This document shows positions 1 to 9,583 of a stretch of DNA of 64,000 nt, piece after piece. A program made the translations under genes and the position numbers. Numbering within the stretch: the stretch's first letter is position 1; each line of letters starts with the position of its first letter. Source of the stretch: an uncultured delta proteobacterium (GTDB lineage Bacteria > Desulfobacterota > Zymogenia > Zymogenales > Zymogenaceae); NCBI GenBank assembly GCA_963735595.1, contig CAVTLK010000004.1, positions 160,001 to 224,000 of the forward strand, written 5' to 3'. The notes beneath the pieces are model-generated. The model did not search any database. It saw only the letters and a program-made list of their open reading frames with translations, and was not told the DNA's origin.

Positions 1-411
1 GGCACCTTCGCCAAGGGGCCCATCATGGGCTACTTCCTGGAAAAACTGAAAGAAAAAGAACTCTGGGGCACCCGTTGCGGGAAGTGCTACAACGTCATCT
101 TCCCCCCCCGGGTCCTGTGCCCCAAATGCATGGTGGATATGGCAGAATGGGTCAGAATGGAAGACTACGCCCATATCGTTACCTTCGATGTAGTTCATTT
201 CCCCACCATTAATCCCCTGACCGGTGAAATGCGGCCCGTTCCGTACACGTCGCTCTTTATCGTATTTCCCAACGGCGCGGGTTTTTTCCACTTTTGCCTG
301 GAGACCGATCACGAAAAGATCAAGCCGGGTAAGAAAGTTACACCCGTCTGGGCGGACAAACGGGAAGGCCGCCCCGCCGACCTCAAGGGTTGGGTTTTGG
401 CCGAAGAATAA
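1..411 (+). CDS. Zn-ribbon/OB-fold protein (DUF35/ChsH2 family, thiolase-associated); probably 5'-truncated by window edge
   Basis: RCGKC..FPPRVLCPKC zinc ribbon followed by OB-fold-like C-terminus; frame is open from base 1. Confidence 0.85.
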   Translation, partial: GTFAKGPIMGYFLEKLKEKELWGTRCGKCYNVIFPPRVLCPKCMVDMAEWVRMEDYAHIVTFDVVHFPTINPLTGEMRPVPYTSLFIVFPNGAGFFHFCLETDHEKIKPGKKVTPVWADKREGRPADLKGWVLAEE

Positions 412-423
412 GGGAGGAATTCG

Positions 424-903
424 ATGTTTACACCAGAAAAATTACCGGTCGATAAAAAATATTGCGGCGGTAAGCGGGGCCTCATGAGCATCCCGTACCG
501 CTATTATGCCGGTCTCTTCCTCAGTAAAGCCCTCATCGCCCTCAGGGACGAAAAGAAGATACTGGCCTCCCGCTGCCCGCGCTGCGGCAAGATATTTATG
601 CCCCCGCGGTCCCGTTGCGAGCGGGACTTCGCCAAGATCACGGAGCTGATCCCTGTGGGACCCGGCGGCGTGGTCGAGGAATTCACCGTCGTCCATTATG
701 ACGAGCCCTATTTCCTGGAGAAGTGCGAGAAGATGATGAAGGCCCCCTTCACCATGGCCCTCATCAAGCTCGACGGCGCGGATACGAAGTTGCTTCACCG
801 TATCAAAGGGACGGATATCAAGCGGGGAGACCGCGTTAAACCCAAGTGGGCCGATGAGCGGTCTGCGGCAATCACCGATATCGAGTGGTTCGAGAAGGGA
901 TAG
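424..903 (+). CDS. Zn-ribbon/OB-fold protein (DUF35 family), second tandem copy
   Basis: RCPRCGKIFMPPRSRCERD, ALIKLDGADT motif; SD GGAGG upstream. Confidence 0.88.
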   Translation: MFTPEKLPVDKKYCGGKRGLMSIPYRYYAGLFLSKALIALRDEKKILASRCPRCGKIFMPPRSRCERDFAKITELIPVGPGGVVEEFTVVHYDEPYFLEKCEKMMKAPFTMALIKLDGADTKLLHRIKGTDIKRGDRVKPKWADERSAAITDIEWFEKG

Positions 904-918
904 GACACCGTTAATTGT

Positions 919-962
919 AAAAGCAGGGGCGCTCGTGATCGATTCGAGCGCCCCTTGCTTTT
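919..962 (+). terminator. Rho-independent terminator
   Basis: AGCAGGGGCGCTCG / CGAGCGCCCCTTGCT stem followed by T-tract. Confidence 0.75.
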
Positions 963-1055
963 GCCTGCACTACTTCTCAACCATTCGTACGGGCGCTTCC
1001 CTGCAAGCGGCCCGCAGCGGCGGAAGAACGACAGTGAGACGGCGCGGTGAATGTC

Positions 1056-1097
1056 CATTGGCCATTGGTCATTGGTCATTGGCTATTGGCTATTGGA
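1056..1097. repeat. Heptamer tandem repeat (YATTGGN)x6
   Basis: cattggc cattggt cattggt cattggc tattggc tattgga. Confidence 0.9.
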
Positions 1098-1254
1098 TAT
1101 AACCGTCATGCCGAAGATAACTGAAACCGATACGCATCATCGCAACGGGCACCATACCCCACGATACCCTGCCGGTATACAACCTTACCCTTATAACGGA
1201 AACGCGAAAGGGGCACCCGCACCGGGACTAAAGGGGGGGTTAATTAATCCCCCT

Positions 1255-1282
1255 TGACTGATAGCGTTTATATTGTATACTA
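1255..1282 (+). promoter_or_regulatory. sigma70-type promoter of the diguanylate cyclase gene
   Basis: TTGACT-N16-TATACT in AT-rich intergenic DNA; palindrome TATTCA-tg-TGAATA just downstream. Confidence 0.55.
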
Positions 1283-1372
1283 TTAAACTGTGTAATAATA
1301 TTCATGTGAATAGACATTTATACAAACAATTGATACCGGACTGCAAATTCCTCACATTTGGGGGACGTCGCC

Positions 1373-3200
1373 GTGAAAGAAAAAACCATCGAGATTCTCC
1401 TCGTTGAGGACGATCGCGGATACGCCAAGCTCGTCACCGAGATGACCAAGAGCGTCAACGGGGCGACTATCGTTGTTTTCCACGCCACGCTCATCATGGA
1501 AGGCAATATCGGTGCTGGCAGAAAAGAAAATCGACGTGGTATTGCTGGACCTGACACTTCCCGACAGCGAGGGTATAGACACGTTCCTCAGGCTTAAGGG
1601 TGTGGTCCCGGAGATACCGATTGTAGTGCTGACCGGCCGTGAAGATGAGGGGCTCGCCTTTTCCGCGTTAAGTACGGTGCGCAGGATTACTCTTCAAGAC
1701 GGAAATGCGCCCCCCCCTGCTGATCCGCTCATTGCGATACGCCATCGAACGCAAGCGGTCCTCAAGAGGCTCTCAAAAGGGCGTATGATCTCTTGGAGCA
1801 GAAGGGTCGAAGGAGCGTACCACGGATCTCGTGCGCATCAACGAACAACTCAAGAAAGAGATGCAGGAGAAACGGCGGGCCGAGGAGTCTCTCGGTGAAA
1901 GCGAGAAGCTGTTCCGGGCAACGATAGAATCCACCGGCGACGGCATTTTTGTTGTAAACGAGAACGGCCAGGTCACCCACAAGAACGCCCGGTTTGCCGA
2001 GCTCTGGCGCATCCCGGAGGAGGTCCTGGCGACAAAAGACGACGACGATCTCCTCGCGTTCCTGTATAAGCATCTGGAAGACGCCCCGTCGTTCCTCGCG
2101 AAGGCCAGGGAGCTCACCCATACCACCAAACACTCGTCACGATATTCTCACCACATCGACGGGAAGGATCTTTGAACGATATACCAATCCTCTCACCAGG
2201 GACGGCAAGTACGCGGGACGGGTCTGGAACTTTCGAGACGTCACGGATCGCGTAAGGCTCAAAAGAAGCCTTGCCGAAAACGAGCAGCGATTTCGCGGAA
2301 TCGCCGAGCGTAGCTTCGATATCATCTACGAAACCGACAGAACCGGCGCACTCACTTACATCTCTCCGGCCACTATCGGCTGACCGGATGGACGTCGGAT
2401 GAGCTTATCGGCAGGGCCATGTCCGAACTTCGCGACGCAGACGAACACCCATGTCGCCGTTCATTGGATGGACCGGGTGCTCGGCGGTATGAACGTCGAG
2501 GCGATTCAGGTGCTCTGGATGTAAGAAGGACGGAAACACGGCCACGTTCGAGATCAACGCCTCGCCGATTTTCAAGGGAAACACCGTAATCGGGAGCATG
2601 GGCATCGCCCGCGATGTCTCGGAGCGAATCCAGATGCAGGAGAAGCTCTGGATGGTTTCACAGACCGACCAGCTCACGGGACTATTCGCTCAGCGTTATT
2701 TCTACAGGCCGTCGGGGATGAGATCAAGCGGGCAAAGCGACTACCGTACCCGTTGTCCCTCATGCTTATGGACGTTGAGGATTTCTCCTCCTTCAACCAG
2801 ACGAACGGACGCAAGCGTGGCGACGAGATGCTCACGGGGATCGGGGCACTATCCGTTCGGCGGTGTATTCGAAAAGACACGGACATCCCCTGCCGTTACG
2901 GAGGCGATGAGTTCGCCGTTATCTTGCCCAACGCGGACAAGACCGGAGGCGCCGTGGTGGCGGGCGTATTCGGGAGCGGGCGGCACGCAGGATCGGCGGC
3001 ATCGAGCTGCGGTCGGTATCGCGGAGCTTAACGGCAGCCTTTCTCCGGACGACTTCGTCTCCGAGGCCGAAAAGGCCTTAAAGCTGCAGACGGTATTCCA
3101 CGAAAAGACGGCGGGCAAGATCATCGTGATCGATAAGGCCAAGGGGAAGAAGTCCCAACAGCGGGCGGCCCGTTTTCCCCCGCCGATCGGCCCTCCGGTG
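1373..3200 (+). CDS. REC-PAS-PAS-GGDEF diguanylate cyclase (several frameshifts; 3' end approximate)
   Basis: Pieces across frames: ILLVEDD, DVVLLDLTLPDSEG, PIVVLTG (receiver); PAS segments (FRATIESTGDGIFVV, WNFRDVT, GIARDVSER); TDQLTGL and RYGGDEFAVILP. Confidence 0.85.
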
Positions 3201-3240
3201 CCGGTTTCGTTGAGACGGGCCTGGCTGCGCGTCTACTCGC

Positions 3241-3833
3241 TTAGGTCTTTTGCCCCACATCTTTCTGCTTCCCGCTCAAGAGCCCGATCTGGACGTCGCC
3301 CGCGCGGATCGGCCCGGATGATCGAGTCCTTATCACGATCGCAGTTCACCTCTATCCAGGTCTTGCCGCACGAATGCTCGTCGTGGGCATCGTCGCGTGG
3401 CAATCTTGACGATCGGTATCTCCGGCGTGTCGTAGGCGGCGGTGTAAAAACCGCTGCAGGTCACCTCCATGGCGTCAAGCGGCGCCGGTCCCTCACGGTT
3501 GAATATCTCGATGCGCCGGTTGACCTCCTTGATGGGCAGCCGGTACTGATCGGGGTGGCAGAGAACATAAAGGGTCTCGAGGTCCCCTTTGATCTCCAGA
3601 ACGTGGTGATAATAGAGGAATTTCGGCTCCAGCTCGATCCCTTCGAACACCATGATCCCGTCGACTTCCAGCGGAAAGAGCTCCTTATAGGCCGGTTTGA
3701 GGAGATATTCGTGGTCGGTTATCGCAATAAAGTCAAAATCCAGGTCACGGTAGAATCCGGCCATCTGTTGCGGGCTGAAATGCCCGTCGGAATAGGTCGT
3801 GTGAACGTGAAGATTTCCTTTTAAGTACGGCAT
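3241..3833 (-). CDS. PHP-domain metal-dependent phosphoesterase (frameshifted near C-terminus)
   Basis: NLHVHTTYSDG, IAITDHE, GIE, LCHP; DDAH motif recovered after an indel near 3400. Confidence 0.85.
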
Positions 3834-4179
3834 ATGCTCTCTGGAAGCGGAAAAAATATTGTGTTACTACCTTCGCCGAAAGACGGCCGGGAGACCAGGA
3901 TTCCTTCGTCTATCATTCGGGCCGGCTTAATCGTCTGCCGATCGACTGCCGGGAATCGCTGCCGATCGATCATGGCCGATACCGCTTACCCGGGCGCTCG
4001 AGTTTCCGGAACAATGCCCCTCGCAGAGCCCCGCCTTCAGCCGCATCCGGGCGTCGCCGGTCGACCGCATCAACATAACGGGATAGTACCATCGAATCGA
4101 GCGAAAAATACAGGTTTTTTTCACTTTCGGACCACCTTCCGGCGTTTGTCCCCGTCAGTACTTCATCTCCTCATTTTTC

Positions 4180-4209
4180 TTGACAATATTTACGGCCTTG
4201 TGCTATATT
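4180..4209 (+). promoter_or_regulatory. sigma70 promoter of the F0 operon
   Basis: TTGACA-N18-TATATT with TGn extended -10. Confidence 0.6.
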
Positions 4210-4344
4210 CCCGTTTTGAATGAGCATTCATTCATGCGGGAGGGATGGGGGCGACTGTCCGGGGCAACGACGAGGGGGCGCCTCAGAACCGGGGTTGCCG
4301 GGAAGGTCGTGGGGCGGGGAAGAGGCGCCGGGCGGGGAGGGTCG

Positions 4345-4605
4345 GTGGAGGAAGAAAAGAAACGGTTCATCAGGCAGCTCTTCCTCTTGAGCAGCACCGG
4401 GCTCTCGATGGTCCTGGCAATATTCATCGGCCTGGCCTTCGGGGTCTTCCTTGGACGGGAAGCTCGATACACGCCGTCCTGGTTTACGCTGATATTTCTC
4501 GGCCTCGGTATTATCGCCGGCTTTCGTAATATATTTTGGTTTATCAGGCATTATGGAACCGCAGACGACAAAAAGGACAAGAAAGGAGACGGGCAGGATG
4601 ATTGA
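4345..4605 (+). CDS. atpZ: AtpZ/AtpI family protein (F0 operon gene 1)
   Basis: SSTGLSMVLAIFIGLAFG..PSWFTLIFLGLGIIAGFRNI; GTG start after GGAGG; first gene of the operon. Confidence 0.8.
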   Translation: MEEEKKRFIRQLFLLSSTGLSMVLAIFIGLAFGVFLGREARYTPSWFTLIFLGLGIIAGFRNIFWFIRHYGTADDKKDKKGDGQDD

Positions 4606-4992
4606 ATCCTACGCCCGGGAGCTCATCGAGGCCGGCAGCCTCGTCATGCTGCTTTTGCTCATCCTGTTGGGCGTTCTTGCTCAGATCATATACCTTTGCG
4701 CTGGGAATCTTTGTCGGGGGAATTAGTCGCCGTTATCAACCACTACGGCCTATACAAATCCCTCCGATCGGTCCTCTCGGCGGCCGCCGAGCGCGGCGAG
4801 AAAGGCGGGGCGCCGCAGACCCTCTTTGCCTTCTACGTCAGGCTGCTGTTTTCGGGCATCGTTATCTTCCTGGCACTGAGGGCCGGCTTTGCCGATCCCA
4901 TCGGCATCCTCGTCGGCGCTTCGGTGGTGGTGGTCAACAGCCTTATCGTCGGACTGGCGATATTCATTACGGATAGAGGAGCTAACGGATAG
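4598..4992 (+). CDS. atpI: ATP synthase subunit I (frameshifted)
   Basis: Hydrophobic 4-TM protein with INHY..L, FYVRLL and DPIGILVGASVVV motifs; directly upstream of atpB. Confidence 0.75.
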
Positions 4993-5667
4993 ATGGAACA
5001 CCCAATTCTCCTGCTGGACTTTTTTCATATACCCGGGATGGAACACGCTCCCCATATCACCTATACGTGGCTCATCATGATCGTCCTGATCGGTCTGTCG
5101 TATCTGGCGATGCGACAGGCCTCTATCGTGCCCAACCCGGTGCAGAACGTCATCGAACTGGTGATGCTGGGCTTGAACAACCTCATTAAGGATACCATGG
5201 GCGAAAAGGGAAAGCCCTTCATCCCGCTGTTGGTGGCGGAGGCCTTTTTCATCTTCACCGCCAACATGATCGGCATCATCCCCGGGTTCCACTCCCCGAC
5301 GGCCGATCTCAACACCACCGCCGCGATGGCGATGGTGGTCTTCGTGCTGACCCATATCATCGGCGTCAAGAACCCATGGTTTCAAATATATCAAGTCCTT
5401 TATGGGTCCGGTCTGGTGGCTGACCCCGCTGTTTATTCCCGGTCGAGATTATCAGCCATCTCTCCCGGCCGCTGTCTCTTTCGGTGCGGCTTTTCGGCAA
5501 CATCCGGGGCGAAGACCTGGTCTTTTTCATCCTGCTTGGTGCTCGTCCCGTACCTCATACCGCTTCCGATCCTGCTGTTGATGATCCTCACGAGCGTGCT
5601 GCAGACCTTCGTCTTCGTGCTGCTGACGATGCTCTATATCAGCGGCGCATTGGAGGAAGCCCACTAA
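4993..5667 (+). CDS. atpB: F0F1 ATP synthase subunit a (compensating indels in the middle)
   Basis: [35 protein letters not shown] (alternative frame), [14 protein letters not shown]. Confidence 0.93.
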   Translation: MEHPILLLDFFHIPGMEHAPHITYTWLIMIVLIGLSYLAMRQASIVPNPVQNVIELVMLGLNNLIKDTMGEKGKPFIPLLVAEAFFIFTANMIGIIPGFHSPTADLNTTAAMAMVVFVLTHIIGVKNPWFQIYQVLYGSGLVADPAVYSRSRLSAISPGRCLFRCGFSATSGAKTWSFSSCLVLVPYLIPLPILLLMILTSVLQTFVFVLLTMLYISGALEEAH

Positions 5668-5700
5668 TGCAAAAATGACAACCAGAAAGAAAGGAGATCT

Positions 5701-6152
5701 TTGATGGGTAAAAAGTCTATTATGACGGTTCTTGTTCTACTATTCTTTTTGATGACTGCGGCCGTTGTCCTGGCGCAGACGGAAACGGAGACGACAGAGC
5801 CGGCCGTTACCGAGGAAGAAACCGAGGCGGAAGCGCCGGCACCGCGGGCGCTCTTGATCCTAATTACACGATCTATTTCGCGCTGTCCGTTCTCGGGGCC
5901 GGTCTTGCTATCGGGCTTGGGGCCTGCGGCACCGGCGTTGGTATGGGCTCGGCCGTCCGCGGGGCGCTGGAAGGCGCCGCCAGAAACCCGGATACCTACG
6001 GAAGGCTGCTGACCACCATGATGATCGGTCTTGCCATGATCGAGTCTCTGGCTATTTACGCCCTGGTTATCGCGCTGATACTCCTGTACGCAAACCCGTT
6101 TGCGAAGTCTGTTCGGGGTATAGGCGAAACGCTGAAGACCGGTTTCTCGTAA
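5701..6152 (+). CDS. atpE: F0F1 ATP synthase subunit c with N-terminal extension (one frameshift near 5845)
   Basis: GAGLAIGLGACGTGVGMG..ARNP..GLAMIESLAIYALVIALILLYANPF. Confidence 0.93.
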
Positions 6153-6154
6153 TC

Positions 6155-6194
6155 AAACCCCCGGTCAACGGTGAAAGCGCTTCCGGGGGTTTTT
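6155..6194 (+). terminator. Terminator after atpE
   Basis: AAACCCCCGG / CCGGGGGTTT stem plus T-tract. Confidence 0.7.
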
Positions 6195-6289
6195 GTCGGA
6201 CTTGCGTATCACGACGTATCATGACGGCCCGAGTCGGTATACCGCCTTCACGCCCGGAAATGGGCATCGATCGTGCCGACCGGCGTCAG

Positions 6290-6329
6290 AAAACAGAACG
6301 GCCGTCCTTTTTTTCAGGGCGGCCGTTTT
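6290..6329 (-). terminator. Terminator after dksA-bactofilin
   Basis: Minus strand AACGGCCGCCC / GGACGGCCGTT stem followed by CTGTTTT. Confidence 0.55.
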
Positions 6330-6397
6330 CATCTCTCGGCGATCGCCGCGCCGCATAGATGCGCCTACGGCGGCCTTGTCTCATGTATGGATGAGCG

Positions 6398-6802
6398 CTA
6401 TTCTCCTTTGATTTTCGCTTCTTTTTCATCGTGATTTCCGCGGATACCCTGGCCCCTTGCTCGATCGACAGGCCCCGGTCGGTCGCAATCCGGCCGGCAA
6501 CGACGCCTTCCTTGATAATGGAAAGGCTCGCAGAATCGATCGTACCGTTCATCAGCCCGCCGAACACGACGCGTTCTCCCCGGATATCGCCCTCGATTTT
6601 CGTGCTCGGGACCGACATATATTTCCGTCTCGCGGCCCTTGCCCGTGATATTCCCCATCACCGAGGATCCGGAAAGGAGCGTCTTTCCGACAAAGGAGAC
6701 CTTTCCCTCGATAATGTTTCCGGGCCCGAGGTAGTTAAGAAACTCTATATCGCCGAAAAAACCGTCTCCAAACGACCTGTCTTCAGTCTTCTGCTCGTTC
6801 AT
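6398..6802 (-). CDS. Bactofilin (polymer-forming cytoskeletal protein), frameshifted
   Basis: Beta-helix repeats across two frames: YLGPGNIIEGKVSF, KIEGDIRGERVVFGG..GTI, VAGRIATDRGLSIEQGA. Confidence 0.8.
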   Translation of the reverse strand: MNEQKTEDRSFGDGFFGDIEFLNYLGPGNIIEGKVSFVGKTLLSGSSVMGNITGKGRETEIYVGPEHENRGRYPGRTRRVRRADERYDRFCEPFHYQGRRRCRPDCDRPGPVDRARGQGIRGNHDEKEAKIKGE

Positions 6803-6803
6803 A

Positions 6804-7166
6804 TTACGTGCTGGTCCTTTTTTCCTTCTTCTCGGATTCTGTCTTACAATTGATGCATAACGTCGTAACCGGCCTCACGTGTAGCCGCTCTTCACCGATT
6901 TCCTCGCCGCACTCCTCACATATACCGAAGGTTCCGTCCTCGATCCTGGCAAGGGCCTCTTTTATCTTGAGGATTAGCTTTCTCTCGCGATCTCGTATAC
7001 GTAATACGAAGTTCCGATCGGATTCATGGGAAGCGCGATCCGTCGGGTCAGGGAAATACTCCTTGGAATCGGTCATATCCGATACGGTGCTGTCGGCCTC
7101 GGTGAGGAGTTCCTGCAGGCGCTTCTCCAGGAGGTCCTTGAAATATTCGATCTTTTCCTTTTCCAT
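6804..7166 (-). CDS. dksA: RNA polymerase-binding protein DksA
   Basis: FPDPTDRA (DxxDxA), RDRERKLILKI, C4 zinc finger CEEC..CINC. Confidence 0.96.
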   Translation of the reverse strand: MEKEKIEYFKDLLEKRLQELLTEADSTVSDMTDSKEYFPDPTDRASHESDRNFVLRIRDRERKLILKIKEALARIEDGTFGICEECGEEIGEERLHVRPVTTLCINCKTESEKKEKRTST

Positions 7167-7384
7167 CCTCCGTTCCTCCTTCCCCCCTCAGACCCGAGTT
7201 CACTTCGTCCAAACCCATCGATGGGGCCGCGGTACGCCGTCTTATACCTCAGCTCGAATAGAGTGACTCGCCGCTAAACGGCGTTCGATTATCCGAAGCT
7301 CCTTCTTAAGAAGCCCGGTGACCATTTTACCGTATGCAATACCTTACGATTGGAGGAGCCTTACTTTATGCATTTAAATTGATA

Positions 7385-7413
7385 ATTATACTCAATTCTC
7401 GTTACCAAGTCAA
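7385..7413 (-). promoter_or_regulatory. Strong sigma70 promoter upstream of dksA
   Basis: Minus strand TTGACT-N17-TATAAT with AT-rich UP-like sequence. Confidence 0.7.
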
Positions 7414-7668
7414 TAAAAATAACTTTTGGCTGTGCGCTCTTCGATTGAAACGGCGGCTCTCCCCACCATATGTGCTGCCGGGATCGCGCCTTCGCCGATT
7501 CGCGAGATCAGGCAAGCTCCGGTTCGCACGCCTTTTTTTACTTTTTTCCCGGCGCGAGTCGTTTCGGGTCTCCCGTTTCCCCACGGAGGCGTCACTAATA
7601 TACGATCTTCTCGCACCAGTCGGCCCCGGAAACGGGCAAACGACGGCTGATGCCCGGCCCCTTTGGTC

Positions 7669-7697
7669 TTGACAAGACGGGGGCACTGACACATAAT
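7669..7697 (+). promoter_or_regulatory. sigma70 promoter of ahbB-hemL (leaderless layout)
   Basis: TTGACA-N17-CATAAT, 7 nt before ATG 7705, no SD. Confidence 0.65.
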
Positions 7698-7704
7698 CAA
7701 TTCG

Positions 7705-8175
7705 ATGAACAAGAAAGCCGAACGAATCCTGAAAATCGCCTCGGGTGATCTTCCGTTGACGCCCCGGCCGTTTGACGAATGGGCCCGGTCTGCGGGCGTT
7801 GAAGTACCCGAGCTTATCCTCACGCTTCGGCAGGCCCTGCACGATGGGATCGTACGGCGGTTTGGAGCGGTGCTCGCCCACACGAAGAGCGGAATGAAGA
7901 AAAATGCCATGGTTGCCTGGGAGGTGGCCGAAGCGGACGCCGACCGCGCCGGGCGCATCATGGCCCGGTATGACGCGGTCAGTCATTGTTACCTCCGGGC
8001 ACCCGCGCCCGACTTTCCCTATCGGCTCTATACGATGATTCACGCCCGCGACGATAGAGAGCTTTCTGCCTGTATCGACTCGATCCGGCAAAAGACCGGG
8101 CTGGTCTCGTTTGTCGTTTTACGTTCCGTGCGCGAGTTCAAGAAGACAAGCCCCGATTATCTCAACGAAACGTAA
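7705..8175 (+). CDS. ahbB: Siroheme decarboxylase beta subunit (NirH/Lrp-like; alternative heme pathway)
   Basis: RRFGAVLAH, NAMVAW, VSHCYLR, YRLYTMIHA, REFKKTS; adjacent to hemL. Confidence 0.85.
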   Translation: MNKKAERILKIASGDLPLTPRPFDEWARSAGVEVPELILTLRQALHDGIVRRFGAVLAHTKSGMKKNAMVAWEVAEADADRAGRIMARYDAVSHCYLRAPAPDFPYRLYTMIHARDDRELSACIDSIRQKTGLVSFVVLRSVREFKKTSPDYLNET

Positions 8176-8233
8176 GACAACCTCACGCGCCGATTAACCG
8201 GGCGCCGTTCTATCAATCGAAGGGAAGCACTCA

Positions 8234-9530
8234 ATGGAAAAGACCCATACCACATCCCACGCGCTGTTCGAGCGTGCCCAGCGCGTCATCCCCGGCGGCG
8301 TCAACAGCCCCGTGCGCGCCTATAAATCGGTGGGGGGCAGCCCCCCTTTCATCACCCGTGGCGCGGGGGCGTATATCTTTGACGCCGACGAAAACCGGAT
8401 ATATCGATTATGTCCTTTCCTGGGGCCCGCTCATCCTCGGCCATGCCCACCAGGAGGTGGTGGCCGCGGCCGTCGAGGCCGATTTCGGCCGGCTCCTCCT
8501 TCGGGGCGCCCGACCGAGCGGGAGGTGGAACTGGCCGAGACGATCCTCTCGTTCTTCCCGAACAATGGAGATGGTCGCGTCTCGTTTCTTCCGGGACCGA
8601 GGCCGCGATGACTGCCGTCAGGCTCGCGCGGGGGGTTACCGGAAGGGATAAGATCGTAAAGTTTGCGGGGTGCTATCACGGCCATTCTGACAGTCTCCTG
8701 GCCGAGGCGGGGTCCGGGATCGCCACCCTCGGAATACCGGCAACCCCGGGGGTGACCGCGGCAACGGCGGCCGATACCCTGACCGTCACGTTTAACGACG
8801 GCGCGGCGCTGGACGCGGTATTTAAGCGATGGGGCAGCACGATCGCGGCCGTTATCGTGGAGCCGCTGCCGGGCAACATGGGTGTGGTCCCCCCGGTCGA
8901 GGGCTTCCTCGCACGGCTCGTCTCGACGGCCCGATCGCACGGTGGCGCTGGTCATTTTTGACGAGGTAATGAGCGGCTTTCGTGCGGCCCTCGGCGGCGC
9001 GCAGACCCTGTGGGGGCTTGACCCGGATATCACGCTGCTGGGCAAGGTCGTCGGGGGAGGATTTCCGCTGGCGGCCGTAATCGGCAAAGGCGATATCATG
9101 AGGCACCTGGCCCCGTCGGGCCCGGTCTATCAGGCCGGGACGCTTTCGGGCAATCCCGTGGCGGTGGCAGCGGGGATCGCAACGCTCAAGGTCTTGTCCC
9201 GGCCCGGCGTCTTTGACGGCATCGTGAAAAAAACCGATACGCTGACACGAGGGGTTATCGACGCCGCCGACACGGCGGGAGTACAGTCTCCGGGGGACCG
9301 CCGTCGGTACCATGACGTCATTCTTCTTCTGCGAGGGGCCGGTCCGCAATTTCGCCGAGGCCAAAGGCGACAAGGTCGGACCTGTTTGTCCGATGGTTTC
9401 ACGAGATGCTCGATCGCGGGATTTATATGGCCCCCTCACCCTTCGAGGCCCTCTTCCTTTCCGCGGCCCACAGCGACCGGGATATTAGCGACACGGTTCG
9501 GCAGCCCGGGAGGCCTTCGCACGGCTGTAA
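8234..9530 (+). CDS. hemL: Glutamate-1-semialdehyde 2,1-aminomutase (frameshifted)
   Basis: [71 protein letters not shown]. Confidence 0.95.
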
Positions 9531-9583
9531 CCGCATCCCGGTTGGTCCGGCGGCGGTTGTCCGCCCCCGGGACTACCTTCGGA

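Noticed and set aside
2598..3824. 408-aa ORF on the plus strand
   Set aside because: Chimera of frameshifted GGDEF pieces running on as antisense to the PHP gene.
4345..6152. F0 genes without F1 or b subunits as a novel stand-alone channel
   Set aside because: A split atp operon (atpBE apart from atpFHAGDC) is normal in deltaproteobacteria.
7705..8175. ahbB without adjacent ahbA
   Set aside because: ahbB next to hemL with ahbA elsewhere is a known Desulfovibrio-type arrangement.
4993..9530. atpB, atpE and hemL as pseudogenes or programmed frameshifts
   Set aside because: Essential genes with intact motifs; indels affect most genes in the block and I saw no shared slippery motif, so consensus error is more likely.
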